In this document: piece after piece, positions 37,505 through 48,010 of the stretch
How the letters are laid out: each line of letters starts with the position of its first letter
How positions within the stretch are numbered: position 1 is the first letter of the stretch
DNA from: Anaerolineaceae bacterium UBA6133
GTDB lineage: Bacteria > Chloroflexota > Anaerolineae > Anaerolineales > Anaerolineaceae
DNA length: 64,000 nucleotides
Assembly (NCBI GenBank): GCA_002435825.1
Contig: DIVL01000028.1
Location: forward strand, 4,985-68,984
Direction: 5' to 3'
Notes under the pieces: model-generated
What the model saw: the letters and a program-made list of their open reading frames with translations, nothing else
The model's database searches: none
What the model was told of the DNA's origin: nothing
Program-made: the position numbers and the translations under genes

Positions 37505-39430
37505 ATGTCACTCCTGACTGCCCAAAACCTTGCGAAATCATTTGGTCCTGTGGATATCTTTGATGAGATCAATCTTTCGATTCCACGACATGCCCGCATC
37601 GCAATCGTTGGTCCGAATGGTGTTGGCAAGACGACCCTCTTGCGCATTCTCGCCGGCGAAGACACGCCCACAGAAGGCGCCGTGCACCGCGCGAAAGGCT
37701 TGAGGTTGGGTTACCTGCCCCAGGAAGCGGTCAGCATGCTGGAAGGGACGTTGTGGGACTCCTGCTTGTTAGCTTTTGAGGACCTGATGGCACAAGGGGA
37801 AGAGTTGCGGGAAATGGAAAAGTTGATGCAGGATCCCGCCTGTGATCCATCTGTACTGGAACGTTATGGTAGAGTCCAGACTTTCTTTGAATATAGCGGA
37901 GGTTACACCTACCAGGCGCGCATTCGCCAGACATTGGACGGACTGGGGTTCTCGGAGCACGATTATGAGCGTCCACTAACACAACTTTCGGGTGGGCAGC
38001 GAACCAGAGCCCGACTGGCGCGCATCCTGCTGGACGACCCGGACCTGCTTCTGTTGGATGAACCCAGCAACCATCTGGATATCAACGCCGTGGAATGGCT
38101 GGAAGCTTACCTGAGGGACTGGAGCGGGGCAGTGGTGATCGTCTCGCATGACCGCTACTTTTTGGACCAGACCGCCCATTACATCTGGGAGATGACACCG
38201 GCACTGGAAGTCTACCGCGGGAATTACACCGCGTATTTACGCCAGCGCGAGGAACGCTATACCCGGCGCGTGGCGGAATTTGAGGCGCAAAACGAGTACA
38301 TCGAAAAACAGCAGGACTATATCCGGCGCTTCCTGGGCACACAGAATAACAATCAGGCCAGAGGCAGGCAGCGCCGCCTGGAGCGCTTGTTGGCAGACTC
38401 GCGCCTGACCGCGCCGACTGCCAACATCCGCCCGATGCACCTGCGCTTCAAGCTGGCTGACCGCTCAGGCAACCTGGTCTTGCGCACCTACGATTTGCAG
38501 GTGGGCTATGAGGATGAAGGGCGACCGCTTTTTAACTGTCCGGATCTGGTGCTCGAAAGGCGTGAATGTGTCGCGGTGATCGGACCGAATGGCGCTGGCA
38601 AGACAACCCTCTTGAAGACCGTTCTGAACCAGACCCCACCCTACGCCGGACGGGTGGAACTGGGAGCGAACCTCAAGGTGGGCTATTTTGCCCAGGCGCA
38701 TGAAGGCTTGGTGCCTGAAAATACCCTGATGGATGAGATTGACACCGTCGCTCCAAGCATGCTGCCTGCGGAAGCGCGCAACTACCTGGCACGCTACGGC
38801 TTCCAGGGAGATGAGGTTTTTTCGCAGGTGGCAACCCTCTCTGGCGGCGAACGCGGTCGTTTGGCGCTGGCAAAGCTGGCGCTCTCGGATGCGAATCTGC
38901 TGATGCTGGACGAACCCACCAACCACCTTGACCTTGCCACGCAGGAGGTACTTCAGGATGTGCTCGCACACTATCCAGGCACGATCATGCTGGTCTCGCA
39001 TGACCGCTACCTGATTGATGCCCTGGCAACCCAAATCTGGGAATTGGACATGCAAAGCGCCAGTTTGCAAGTGTTTAAGGGTGCTTATTCTGAATTCAGA
39101 CAATTCAAGGAAGGGCGATTACAGGTAAGGGATTTTCATGAAATTCCGTTTGCATCAGATCTAGCAAACGAACCCGCGGTAATGCCCGCCAAAGTTGGAT
39201 TAAGCCGCAACCAACGCCAGCAAATTGAGAAAAAGTTGGCGGCGTTGGAGCAGAAGATCCATGCAGCCGAGGTTGAAAAAGCCAGTTGCGAAGCCCAACT
39301 CTCCAAGCCAACGGCTGACTTGCGAAAATTGGAGAGAGTCACAGAAAATTATCAAACCGTCACGCTCACTTTGGAGAAACTGCTTGCCGAATGGGAAGGC
39401 CTGGCAGAACAATTGCACCAGGACGAATAA
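37505..39430 (+). CDS. ABC-F family ATPase (two NBDs, C-terminal coiled coil)
   Basis: Two Walker A sites (GPNGVGKTT, GPNGAGKTT), two signatures (LSGGQRTR, LSGGERGR), an inter-domain linker and no TM domain. Confidence 0.9.
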   Translation: MSLLTAQNLAKSFGPVDIFDEINLSIPRHARIAIVGPNGVGKTTLLRILAGEDTPTEGAVHRAKGLRLGYLPQEAVSMLEGTLWDSCLLAFEDLMAQGEELREMEKLMQDPACDPSVLERYGRVQTFFEYSGGYTYQARIRQTLDGLGFSEHDYERPLTQLSGGQRTRARLARILLDDPDLLLLDEPSNHLDINAVEWLEAYLRDWSGAVVIVSHDRYFLDQTAHYIWEMTPALEVYRGNYTAYLRQREERYTRRVAEFEAQNEYIEKQQDYIRRFLGTQNNNQARGRQRRLERLLADSRLTAPTANIRPMHLRFKLADRSGNLVLRTYDLQVGYEDEGRPLFNCPDLVLERRECVAVIGPNGAGKTTLLKTVLNQTPPYAGRVELGANLKVGYFAQAHEGLVPENTLMDEIDTVAPSMLPAEARNYLARYGFQGDEVFSQVATLSGGERGRLALAKLALSDANLLMLDEPTNHLDLATQEVLQDVLAHYPGTIMLVSHDRYLIDALATQIWELDMQSASLQVFKGAYSEFRQFKEGRLQVRDFHEIPFASDLANEPAVMPAKVGLSRNQRQQIEKKLAALEQKIHAAEVEKASCEAQLSKPTADLRKLERVTENYQTVTLTLEKLLAEWEGLAEQLHQDE

Positions 39431-39483
39431 ATTGTTAGCTGACATGCTATAATTCAGCAAATTTTTTAGACAGGTAGTTGGCA

Positions 39484-40434
39484 ATGAACTATTTAGTAAC
39501 TGGAGGGGCGGGGTTTTTGGGCACTGCTCTAAGCAACCGCCTGGCAAAACAAGGACATCACGTGCGAGTGCTGGATGACTGCTCGGCGGGGAATCCTGTT
39601 TACTTATTACCCGAAGTGGAATTTGTACAGGGTGACATCAACGAAAAGACGCTGCTTTGGAAACTGCTGCAGGATGTGGATTGCGTTTTCCACCTGGCAG
39701 CCAAAGTCAGCGTGCCCGAGTCCTCCCTCTTTCCGAGCAGCTATAACCTCGTGAACGTCAGTGGGACAGTGACGCTGATGGAAGCTATTCGCGACACGAA
39801 GGTAAAACGCGTGGTGCTGGCATCCTCCGGAGCCGTTTACGGTCTCCAGGACCAGATCCCCTATCTCGAAACATTTGAGGTTCACCCCGAGTCGCCTTAT
39901 GCTGTCTCGAAACTTTCCGCGGAGCATTATGTGCGCACTATTGGCGCACAGGCGGGAGTGGAGGCGGTCTGCCTGCGGATTTTCAATGCCTATGGACCGG
40001 GTCAACGCGTTCCCCATTCCCACCCGCCGATCATTTCCAATTTCCTCAAACACGCTCTTACCAATGGAACGATCATCATCCACGGAGATGGCAGCCAGAC
40101 GCGTGATTATGTGTACGTGGACGACGTGGTCAACGCCCTGGTGACCTCCTCCACCGCGGTGGGTGTGGACCAGCAGGTGATCAACGTTGGCAGTGGGGTG
40201 GAGACGAGCGTTTTGGAATTGGTGCGCCTGGTGCGGCAGGTGACAGGCAGAAAACCCGAAGAGGTATACAATCCACTTAAGAGCGGCGGTTCGGACCGTA
40301 TGTGTGCTGGCATTGCAAAGGCTCAAGAAAAGCTCAATTACATCCCGCTAGTGCCGCTTGAGACCGGTTTGCGGCTGACGATTGAGCGCGACCCTCAATA
40401 CAAAAAAGAAATTGAATCCAAGCCTATCGCGTGA
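39484..40434 (+). CDS. NAD-dependent epimerase/dehydratase (SDR, UDP-sugar 4-epimerase-like)
   Basis: VTGGAGFLG, catalytic YAVSK, and ASSGAVYG. Confidence 0.88.
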   Translation: MNYLVTGGAGFLGTALSNRLAKQGHHVRVLDDCSAGNPVYLLPEVEFVQGDINEKTLLWKLLQDVDCVFHLAAKVSVPESSLFPSSYNLVNVSGTVTLMEAIRDTKVKRVVLASSGAVYGLQDQIPYLETFEVHPESPYAVSKLSAEHYVRTIGAQAGVEAVCLRIFNAYGPGQRVPHSHPPIISNFLKHALTNGTIIIHGDGSQTRDYVYVDDVVNALVTSSTAVGVDQQVINVGSGVETSVLELVRLVRQVTGRKPEEVYNPLKSGGSDRMCAGIAKAQEKLNYIPLVPLETGLRLTIERDPQYKKEIESKPIA

Positions 40435-41002
40435 ATTTTTCTCTCGACCAGCGCTGCAGGTAGCCCCTGATTTGCTGGGGTGTTTGCTTGTGCGCCGCTG
40501 GGAAGGGCAGCGGCTGGCGGGCGTGATCGTGGAGGTGGAGGCGTACCAGGGCGTGGATGACCAGGCATGCCATGCCAGGGCAGGCAAGACGGCTCGCAAC
40601 GCGGTAATGTTTGGCGCTCCTGGCAGAGCCTACATTTACTTTACCTATGGGATGCACTGGATGCTTAATTTGGTTTGTGAAGCCGAGGGAGTGCCGGCGG
40701 CGGTCTTGATCCGTGCGATCAAACCGGTTGAGGGGTTGGAGCTGATGCGCCTGCTGCGCCCAAAGCTGGCAGGGAAACCTGGCTGGCTGAGCGGTCCGGC
40801 TAAGGTGACCCAGGCATTGGCAATTGGCAGGGAGCAGAATGGGGTGGATGTATGCTCAGAGGAAGGCGATCTGTGGGTGGAGAGGGGAGTCAGCGTGCCT
40901 GAACAGGAGGTGGTGACATCTCCGCGGATCGGCATTGGTTATGCGCCCGAACCCTGGCTTTCGCTGCCCTGGCGCTGGGTTTGGAAAGCGGGCAAGGGAT
41001 GA
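40382..41002 (+). CDS. mpg: DNA-3-methyladenine glycosylase (Mpg/AAG family)
   Basis: FFSRPALQVAPDLLGCLLV, IVEVEAYQGVDDQACHA and AYIYFTYGMHWMLNLV. The start is uncertain (TTG candidates at 40382 and 40412) and overlaps the end of the epimerase gene. Confidence 0.85.
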   Translation: MSATLNTKKKLNPSLSREFFSRPALQVAPDLLGCLLVRRWEGQRLAGVIVEVEAYQGVDDQACHARAGKTARNAVMFGAPGRAYIYFTYGMHWMLNLVCEAEGVPAAVLIRAIKPVEGLELMRLLRPKLAGKPGWLSGPAKVTQALAIGREQNGVDVCSEEGDLWVERGVSVPEQEVVTSPRIGIGYAPEPWLSLPWRWVWKAGKG

Positions 41003-41042
41003 TGCCTGTTCCATGCGAAGAAGATAGTGTAAGATTGTGGCG

Positions 41043-41609
41043 ATGAGCATATTTTCGCGTAAGAAAGATACGGCAATATTTACCCCCGAGAGGCTCCAAG
41101 CCCGCGTGAGCACGGTTTTAGGATCGGGCATTCACTGGGTTGGCGATCTGCACGGCACGGGCGGCGTGCGCATTGAAGGCACCATGCAGGGCGATATCGT
41201 CATCAAGGGTCTGGTTGTAATTGGCGAAACCGGGAAGGTTATTTGCCCCGAGCTGAAAGCTGAAACAGTAGTGGTGGCGGGCACAGTACAGGGTAACATC
41301 ACCTGCCAGAAGCTCGAGATCCGCTCCAGCGGGCGGGTTTGGGGCGACGTGGTGGCGGTCAGCTTTAGCAGTGAAGACGGCGCTTTCCTGCGCGGTCAGA
41401 TGCGCATGGAAGAACGCATCGAAATCCAACTTGTGGAAGAACAGATCCCGGAAGAGATTGAGATGCCCGAGTTCCAACCTGAAGCCGTCCTTTCGGTCTC
41501 AACTCCAGTAGAAACTGAGCCTGCACCAGAAAAAGTAGCCCCCGATCTGCAGGCGAGTGAGCCTAAAAAAACTGGAAAACCCAAACTGAAATCCCCCTGG
41601 GATAATTAA
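41043..41609 (+). CDS. Bactofilin-family cytoskeletal protein
   Basis: Beta-helical repeat pattern (GDLHGTGGVRIEGTMQGDIVIKGLVVIGETGKV...VAGTVQGNITCQKLEIRSSGRVWGDV) and an acidic tail. Confidence 0.85.
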   Translation: MSIFSRKKDTAIFTPERLQARVSTVLGSGIHWVGDLHGTGGVRIEGTMQGDIVIKGLVVIGETGKVICPELKAETVVVAGTVQGNITCQKLEIRSSGRVWGDVVAVSFSSEDGAFLRGQMRMEERIEIQLVEEQIPEEIEMPEFQPEAVLSVSTPVETEPAPEKVAPDLQASEPKKTGKPKLKSPWDN

Positions 41610-41613
41610 TTCT

Positions 41614-42060
41614 TCAAGCCTGCGGCAGCTCCAACAGGATGGTCACCGGTCCATCATTGCGGATATCCACCACCATGTGCGCGCCAAAAATGCCTTGCTG
41701 AGCGGCAATGCCAAATTCGCGCAGACGATCAGTAAAGACGTCCACCAGCGGCTCAGCCATCTCCGGTTTGGCAGCATTAATGAAGGATGGGCGCCTGCCG
41801 CGGCTGGTATCGGCATACAGCGTAAACTGCGACACGACGATTGCCTCCCCATTCTCATCCAAAAGCGAGCGGTTCATTTTTCCGGCTTCATCTTCAAACA
41901 CACGCAGGTAGGCGGTCTTTTCAGCCAGCTCCCGGGCAATCTCCGGCGTGTCGTCGGGTCCGATCCCAAGCAGGATGACATACCCCAGACCGATCTGAGC
42001 CACAACCTCGTTTTCGACAGTGACACTGCCGCTGGTTACCCGCTGCAGGACGGCTCTCAT
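41614..42060 (-). CDS. dtd: D-aminoacyl-tRNA deacylase
   Basis: MRAVLQRV...[19 protein letters not shown]...NDGPVT. Confidence 0.93.
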   Translation of the reverse strand: MRAVLQRVTSGSVTVENEVVAQIGLGYVILLGIGPDDTPEIARELAEKTAYLRVFEDEAGKMNRSLLDENGEAIVVSQFTLYADTSRGRRPSFINAAKPEMAEPLVDVFTDRLREFGIAAQQGIFGAHMVVDIRNDGPVTILLELPQA

Positions 42061-42635
42061 CGCGGCTCCTTGGACGTTCCGCGCTCGATGTATCCCGGCC
42101 AGGTAAAGTTTTCGTCAAAATCCACTTCCAAGATTCCACAATGGGGAATGCGACCGGGATTGTAGAATTGTTTCATCACATACCCATGCGTAACAACAAT
42201 AATTTTTTCATACGACAGGTAAGGCAGCAAAGATGAAGCCGCACGGCGGGCAACCTGATCGTAACCTTCCCAGTTGAGTTTTGCCTCGGGGGTACGCACG
42301 CCCTTGAAACGGCTGGCTTCCTCGATGGCTGCCAGGGTATCGGTGAAATCACGATTCTTGTATTGAGTGTCGATCAGCCACTCGTGGATGTCGAACACCA
42401 CCTCGATGGGCAGATCGAGCCGGCGGGAGATGACAGCCGCTGTCTGCAGCGCGCGCGTGTAGGGGGAACTGACAATTAGTTGGCAGCCCTGCAGACGCGG
42501 ATCTTTTGCCACCGCTTCCGCCTGGGCAACACCCCGTTCCGTGAGCGGCGCCAACTCTCGTGCCGGACCCGGAAAGCCGCGACCTTCTGTGACCGTATAA
42601 TCCTGTTCTCCGTGCCGTACCAGTACCAGATGCAT
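42057..42635 (-). CDS. Histidine phosphatase family protein
   Basis: LVLVRHGE (RHG motif), [11 protein letters not shown] and VVTHG. 4-nt overlap with dtd. Confidence 0.85.
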   Translation of the reverse strand: MHLVLVRHGEQDYTVTEGRGFPGPARELAPLTERGVAQAEAVAKDPRLQGCQLIVSSPYTRALQTAAVISRRLDLPIEVVFDIHEWLIDTQYKNRDFTDTLAAIEEASRFKGVRTPEAKLNWEGYDQVARRAASSLLPYLSYEKIIVVTHGYVMKQFYNPGRIPHCGILEVDFDENFTWPGYIERGTSKEPR

Positions 42636-42826
42636 AGCTACCTCCTGTTCTGACTTACAAGTTTATCAAACCTTTAAGATTGAAGTAGGTGCTTTATGAT
42701 GAAGACGCATAATCTCCCTGAAGGTTTCGGCATGCTCCTGACAAAAAGTATGCTTTAAAACTCTCTGATTCTCAGGTGGAAATATGAAATTTGTGGTAAA
42801 TTTTAGAATCGATTGCGGAAAAAGAG

Positions 42827-44209
42827 ATGCAAGGAAATAATCATCGTTCCCCCAAGTGGATTCGCAGCATTCCCAGGCTGACTATTGAAGGTCGGCGGAA
42901 AATTATCGATGATGTCCATGATGATTCAAGGGCAAACTTTGATTATTTAATCCTGGTAGCGCTTTCGAGCTCTATTGCTACTTTGGGTCTGCTTTCAGAC
43001 TCTCCGGCTGTCATCATCGGCGCGATGGTCGTTGCTCCGTTGATGTCCCCAATTTTGGCGATAGGTCTGGCAACAACGACTGGAGAGAAGAAATTGCTGA
43101 AAGAAGCCCTCCTGACCTTGTTCATTGGAGCTGTGCTTTCCATCGTGATCGCTGTGATTTTGACCTGGATCAATGATGAACTTCCTTTTATTTCCTTACA
43201 TCAGATCCCAGGTGAAGTTATGTCCCGAGCAAGATCTTCCCCTGTGGATCTGACCATTGCGATTGCGGGTGGGTTGGCGGCTGCCTATGCGATTACCCGC
43301 CCTAAACTTTCAGCTGCTTTGCCTGGTGTCGCGATTGCTACAGCCCTGATGCCGCCTGTTTGCAGCGTGGGCGTAGGATTGGCCCTGCAAAACTGGCAGG
43401 TTGCCAGTGGTGCGGGGTTGCTTTTTATCACAAACGCGGTCGCGATTGCTTTTGCTTCTGGTTTGGTATTTTTGGCCAGGGGCTTTTCCAAGGAACATCG
43501 GTTTGGTGACGCGAAAATGACTGCATCCCTCTGGGTTTCCACTGTTCTGGTGGTCATTCTCCTGATCCCATTAACGTACTTTAGTTTGCGTGTCATTCGG
43601 CAGGCTGAAAAAACCCAAATGATCAACACAATTGTGGAAAGGGAAGTTGCCTTGCTTCCCAACGTCCAGTTGGAAGAAGCCAGTTTTATCAATGGCTCAG
43701 AAGTTCTCGATTTGCGTCTGACGTTGCATACAAGCCGATCTCTAACCTGGCGGGAAATTGTCAGTCTGCAAGAAGCTATTGCCACCGGGCTCGGTCAGAA
43801 TGTATCACTGAAAGTTGAACAAGTCTTGTTTAGAGAGCTGGATCCAATGATTCCTCCAACGCTGACGCCAACTCTAACGCCCGGACCAAGCGCAACACCA
43901 ACGCTAACCAGAACGCCTCTTCCAACCTCTACCCCAACACCAACCCAGACGCCTGAGCCCACCTTTACCCCTACTCCAACCGCCACGCCTGTACCCATCC
44001 AGGCACGGATCACATGGCCTGACACCCCTGGATTAACTCTGTATCAGGAACCAGGCGGTCCCTCTATTGGCAGGCTGTACTTTTCTCAATTGGTTATGGT
44101 TTATCATGACCAACAGACTTATGATGGGTTGGTGTGGGTAAAAATCAGGGATGAACAAGGGCGCATAGGCTGGTTGCCGCAAAATTATCTGGAAGTTTTG
44201 AATCCCTGA
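42827..44209 (+). CDS. DUF389-family membrane protein with PT linker and C-terminal SH3-like domain
   Basis: IATLGLLSDSPAVIIGAMVVAPLMSPI and TALMPPVCSVGVGLA blocks typical of DUF389/TIGR00341. The C-terminal LVWVKIRDEQGRIGWLPQNYLEV resembles bacterial SH3. Confidence 0.7.
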   Translation: MQGNNHRSPKWIRSIPRLTIEGRRKIIDDVHDDSRANFDYLILVALSSSIATLGLLSDSPAVIIGAMVVAPLMSPILAIGLATTTGEKKLLKEALLTLFIGAVLSIVIAVILTWINDELPFISLHQIPGEVMSRARSSPVDLTIAIAGGLAAAYAITRPKLSAALPGVAIATALMPPVCSVGVGLALQNWQVASGAGLLFITNAVAIAFASGLVFLARGFSKEHRFGDAKMTASLWVSTVLVVILLIPLTYFSLRVIRQAEKTQMINTIVEREVALLPNVQLEEASFINGSEVLDLRLTLHTSRSLTWREIVSLQEAIATGLGQNVSLKVEQVLFRELDPMIPPTLTPTLTPGPSATPTLTRTPLPTSTPTPTQTPEPTFTPTPTATPVPIQARITWPDTPGLTLYQEPGGPSIGRLYFSQLVMVYHDQQTYDGLVWVKIRDEQGRIGWLPQNYLEVLNP

Positions 44210-44323
44210 GATTCTTTATCCCAAACTAAGACAAGGTAATTCAGGAAGGCCAGAATGTGTTGAGGACTGATATCCGTAAAACCCGGTTTTGTGAAAGCAT
44301 AGATCGAAGGTTATAATAGGGCT

Positions 44324-45463
44324 ATGCTTCTATCCCAGATGCCGCCGGCAAGCATCGTCAACAATGCTGAAACTTACTCCGAGATGCTCGCTCATCTCAA
44401 AACTCAGTCAGATATTGCCATCGATACTGAATCGAACAGCCTGCATGCCTATCATGAGCGGGTTTGCCTGATTCAACTTTCCAGCACGGAACGCGATTTC
44501 CTGCTGGACCCCTTTGCCTTCAAAGATCTGAGCGACCTGGGCAGCCTTTTCGCCCGGTCGGACATCCAAAAAATCTTTCATGCCGGAGATTACGACGTTG
44601 CCTGTCTCAAGCGGGATTTCGACTTTACCTTCCATAACATTTTTGACACCATGATAGCCGCGACAGCGCTGGCGGAGCCCAACCTGGGTTTTGCGGCACT
44701 GATCGAAAAATACTTTGGTTTGGTTCTTGATAAAAAATACCAGCGCGCCAACTGGGGTGAACGACCGTTGAAGGCTGATATGCTCAGGTACGCGCAGGCT
44801 GATTCACACTACCTCATTCCGCTGCGCGGCGTCTTGCTCCCTCAGCTTGAAGCCGACAGCCGTTTGCAATTGGTCTTGGAAGAAGGCGAGGGAATGGCGC
44901 GCCTCGTCAAACCGAACGAGCTGCACAGCGAGGATATCTGGCGGGTCAAAGGCGCTCAGGATCTGTCCGCCGAGGCACTTTCGCTGCTCGACGCGCTGAA
45001 TCATATGCGTGAAAAGGTTGCCAGCAAGCGCGACGTGCCCCCCTTCAAGGTGCTTTCAGACCGGGCGCTGATTGAAATCGCCCAGACCCAACCGCACTAT
45101 GTCCAGGAGCTCAGCCTTTTGCCATCTCTGCCAGAAAGACAGGTTAGAAGGTATGGCAGCTTGTTGATGCAGACCATTCAAGCCTGGCGGGAAAACCCAC
45201 AAAAGGTAAACCCCCGCCGGAACCATCGCCTGAGTGACGCGGAAATGAAGCGCCGCGACGCGCTCTCAACCTGGCGGAAACAGGCTGGGTTGGATGAGGG
45301 TCTGCCTTCCAACGCGATCATCTCGCGTGAACTGCTTGACCGCCTGGCACATCTGGACTTTGCGAATTTCGATGAGCTTGAGCAGGCAATGAAATACTTC
45401 CCCTATCGTTTTGAACGTTATGGCGACGCCATTTTTCAGGCACTGGAAAGGACAAAAGAATGA
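44324..45463 (+). CDS. rnd: RNase D-like DEDDy 3'-5' exonuclease with HRDC domain
   Basis: ExoI IAIDTESNS, ExoII KIFHAGDYDVACL, ExoIII YAQADSHYL. HRDC-like region VLSDRALIEIAQTQP. Confidence 0.75.
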   Translation: MLLSQMPPASIVNNAETYSEMLAHLKTQSDIAIDTESNSLHAYHERVCLIQLSSTERDFLLDPFAFKDLSDLGSLFARSDIQKIFHAGDYDVACLKRDFDFTFHNIFDTMIAATALAEPNLGFAALIEKYFGLVLDKKYQRANWGERPLKADMLRYAQADSHYLIPLRGVLLPQLEADSRLQLVLEEGEGMARLVKPNELHSEDIWRVKGAQDLSAEALSLLDALNHMREKVASKRDVPPFKVLSDRALIEIAQTQPHYVQELSLLPSLPERQVRRYGSLLMQTIQAWRENPQKVNPRRNHRLSDAEMKRRDALSTWRKQAGLDEGLPSNAIISRELLDRLAHLDFANFDELEQAMKYFPYRFERYGDAIFQALERTKE

Positions 45464-46860
45464 AACTAACCGTTCTCGGCGCGGCACGTACCGTCACCGG
45501 TTCAATGCATCTGATCGAACATCAGGGACACAAACTTCTGATCGATTGTGGAACTTTTCAGGGCAAGCGCGACGAATCTTACTTTATCAACCTCCACTTC
45601 CCATTTGACCCCAGCGAAATTGACGCGATGATCCTCTCGCACGCCCACATTGACCACAGCGGCAACATCCCCAACCTGGTCAAACAAGGATTTAAGGGTA
45701 AGATTTACACCACCGATGCCAGCGAAGACCTGGCGGATATTATGCTCAGGGATTCAGGGCATATCCAGGAAAGCGACATCAAGTATGTCAATAAAAAACG
45801 CCGCAAGAAGGGCGAGCGTGCTTTGGAACCGATCTACACTCAGAAAGACGCGATCGAGGCAATGCCATTCTTCCAAAAGGTCTGGTATCAGCAGAAATTT
45901 GAACCTATTCCGGGCGTGACTGCCCAGTTGGTGGATGCGGGGCATATCCTGGGCTCGGCGGCTGTCATTTTAGATTATCGTGATGACCAGGGGCAACCCA
46001 AGCGCCTGTGGTTCTCTGGTGATATTGGCAGGCACGATGTTCCGATTTTGCGCGATCCCGTGCTGCCCACAGGGGCGGAAACACTGGTGATGGAATGCAC
46101 CTATGGCGATAAACCGCACGAATCGATGGATGATGCGTATGACGAATTCATTGATGCTGTAAAGCGGACGGTCAGACGCGGCGGCAAGATAATCGTACCG
46201 GCTTTCGCTATCGGGCGCACGCAAAACCTGACCTACTTCCTCAGCCAGGCAATGGATGAAGGCTTAATTCCGGAAATTCCGGTGGTGGTCGATAGCCCGC
46301 TGGCAGTCAGCGCCTCCATTCTGTACCGCAAACACACCGAATGTTTTGACGATGAAACCTGGCAGTATATTGCCGAGCACCGCATGCAGGGGTTGGACTT
46401 TCATAATGTGATTTACACCAGGTCGGTTGATGAATCGAAGGCGCTCAACGAATGGAATGAGCCGATGATCATTATTTCAGCCTCCGGGATGGCGGAAGCT
46501 GGTCGGATTCTGCACCACCTGAAGAACAATATCGAAGACGGACGCAACACCATCCTGATCATCTCGTGGCAGGCTCCCGACACGCTTGGACGACGCCTGG
46601 CAGACCGCGAACGCAAGGTGAGGATCTTTGGAGACGAGTATTACCGCAAGGCAGAGGTGGTGACCATTGGCGGTCTGAGCGCGCATGCCGGGCAGACCGG
46701 GCTGGTGGAGTATGCCCTGTCAAGCAAAGACACCCTTAAGCGGATTATCCTCTTCCACGGCGAGCCGGAAAAGGCGCAGGCTTTGATCGACAAGCTGGCT
46801 GAGCACCCCGAACTGCCGCTGCCGGTCTACGCTGAAAAAGGACAGCAGTTCGACCTTTAA
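45460..46860 (+). CDS. Beta-CASP family metallo-beta-lactamase RNA-processing nuclease
   Basis: LSHAHIDHSGNIP (HxHxDH), the beta-CASP region, and terminal SAHAG / LFHGE blocks. The start overlaps the rnd-like stop (ATGA). Confidence 0.85.
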   Translation: MKLTVLGAARTVTGSMHLIEHQGHKLLIDCGTFQGKRDESYFINLHFPFDPSEIDAMILSHAHIDHSGNIPNLVKQGFKGKIYTTDASEDLADIMLRDSGHIQESDIKYVNKKRRKKGERALEPIYTQKDAIEAMPFFQKVWYQQKFEPIPGVTAQLVDAGHILGSAAVILDYRDDQGQPKRLWFSGDIGRHDVPILRDPVLPTGAETLVMECTYGDKPHESMDDAYDEFIDAVKRTVRRGGKIIVPAFAIGRTQNLTYFLSQAMDEGLIPEIPVVVDSPLAVSASILYRKHTECFDDETWQYIAEHRMQGLDFHNVIYTRSVDESKALNEWNEPMIIISASGMAEAGRILHHLKNNIEDGRNTILIISWQAPDTLGRRLADRERKVRIFGDEYYRKAEVVTIGGLSAHAGQTGLVEYALSSKDTLKRIILFHGEPEKAQALIDKLAEHPELPLPVYAEKGQQFDL

Positions 46861-46880
46861 GGTATAATCTGAAACCTGTT

Positions 46881-46971
46881 GGAGAGATGCCGGAGTGGTT
46901 GATCGGGGCGGTCTCGAAAACCGTTATGGGTCTTGTACCCATCGTGGGTTCGAACCCCACTCTCTCCGCCA
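46881..46971 (+). tRNA. tRNA-Ser (anticodon CGA), CCA encoded
   Basis: Manual cloverleaf: acceptor GGAGAGA/UCUCUCC, anticodon stem GCGGU/ACCGU with loop CUCGAAA, long variable arm UGGGU-CUUGU-ACCCA, T arm GUGGG-UUCGAAC-CCCAC, discriminator G plus CCA. Confidence 0.93.
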
Positions 46972-47036
46972 CAAAAAATGCCGTGATTACACGGCATTTT
47001 TGATTCCCAAAGAACAGTAGGGTGAGTTGGCTTTTT

Positions 47037-48010
47037 GTCATCGCGAGGAGCGAAGCGACGTGGCGATCTCAACGCCATGACCCCCCTACAACTTTTGTCA
47101 TCGCGAGGAGCGAAGCGGCGTGGCGATCTCAACATCATGACCCCAACCATAAAAATGCTACCCGGTGGGTTGGCTAAAACAACGTTGAGGTTCGGGTGAT
47201 CACAGAAAGCCAACCCACCAATAAGATTGCTCAGGACCATTGCCCGGTGGGTTGGCTACAACACGGATTAGGTTGGTTCAGGCTCGGTGACGCCAATCCA
47301 CCCTACAACTACTTGCTGTGATTGTCTGTCGTATGGCGGATTAATTCTTTGAATTCGGCAAATTCGTCATCGCGAGGAGCGAAGCGGCGTGGCGATCTCA
47401 ACATCATGACCCCAACCATAAAAATGCTACCCGGTGGGTTGGCTAAAGCAAGGAGTAGATTGGTTCAGGCCACATCTACTTGCTGTAATTATCTATCGTA
47501 TGACGGATTAATTCTTCCACTTCGGCAAATTCGTCATCGCGAGGAGCGAAGCGACGTGGCGATCTCAACATCATGACCCCCACCATAAAAATGCTACCCG
47601 GTGGGTTGGCTAAAGCAAGGATTAAGTTGTTTCAGGCTACATCTACTTACTGTAATTGTCTATCGTATGACGGATTAATTCTTTGAATTCGGCATATTCG
47701 TCATCGCGAGGAGCGAAGCGACGTGGCGATCTCAACATCATGACCACCACCATAAAAATGCTACCCGGTGGGTTGGCTAAAGCAAGGATTAGGTTGGTTC
47801 AGGCTCGGTGACGCCAATCCACCCTACAACTACTTGCTGTGATTGTCTGTCGTATGGCGGATTAATTCTTTGAATTCGGCATATTCGTCATCGCGAGGAG
47901 CGAAGCGACGTGGCGATCTCAACATCATGACCACCACCATTAAAATGCTACCCGGTGGGTTGGCTACAACAAGGATTAGGTTGGTTCAGGCTCAGTGACG
48001 CCAGCTAACC
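47037..48010 (+). repeat. Tandem array of a composite 167-187-bp unit built from the genome's repeat modules
   Basis: Units start with ttcgtcatcgcgagg at 47363, 47530, 47697 and 47884 (periods 167, 167, 187). A short unit at 47037 and an expanded unit at 47097 precede them. The whole unit is conserved, including the inter-core parts. Confidence 0.9.

Noticed and set aside
47037-48010. Possible CRISPR array downstream of tRNA-Ser
   Set aside because: The segments between the cores are themselves conserved between units, so they are not unique spacers. The period of 167-187 bp is far too long, and no cas genes or leader are present. It is a tandem composite repeat.
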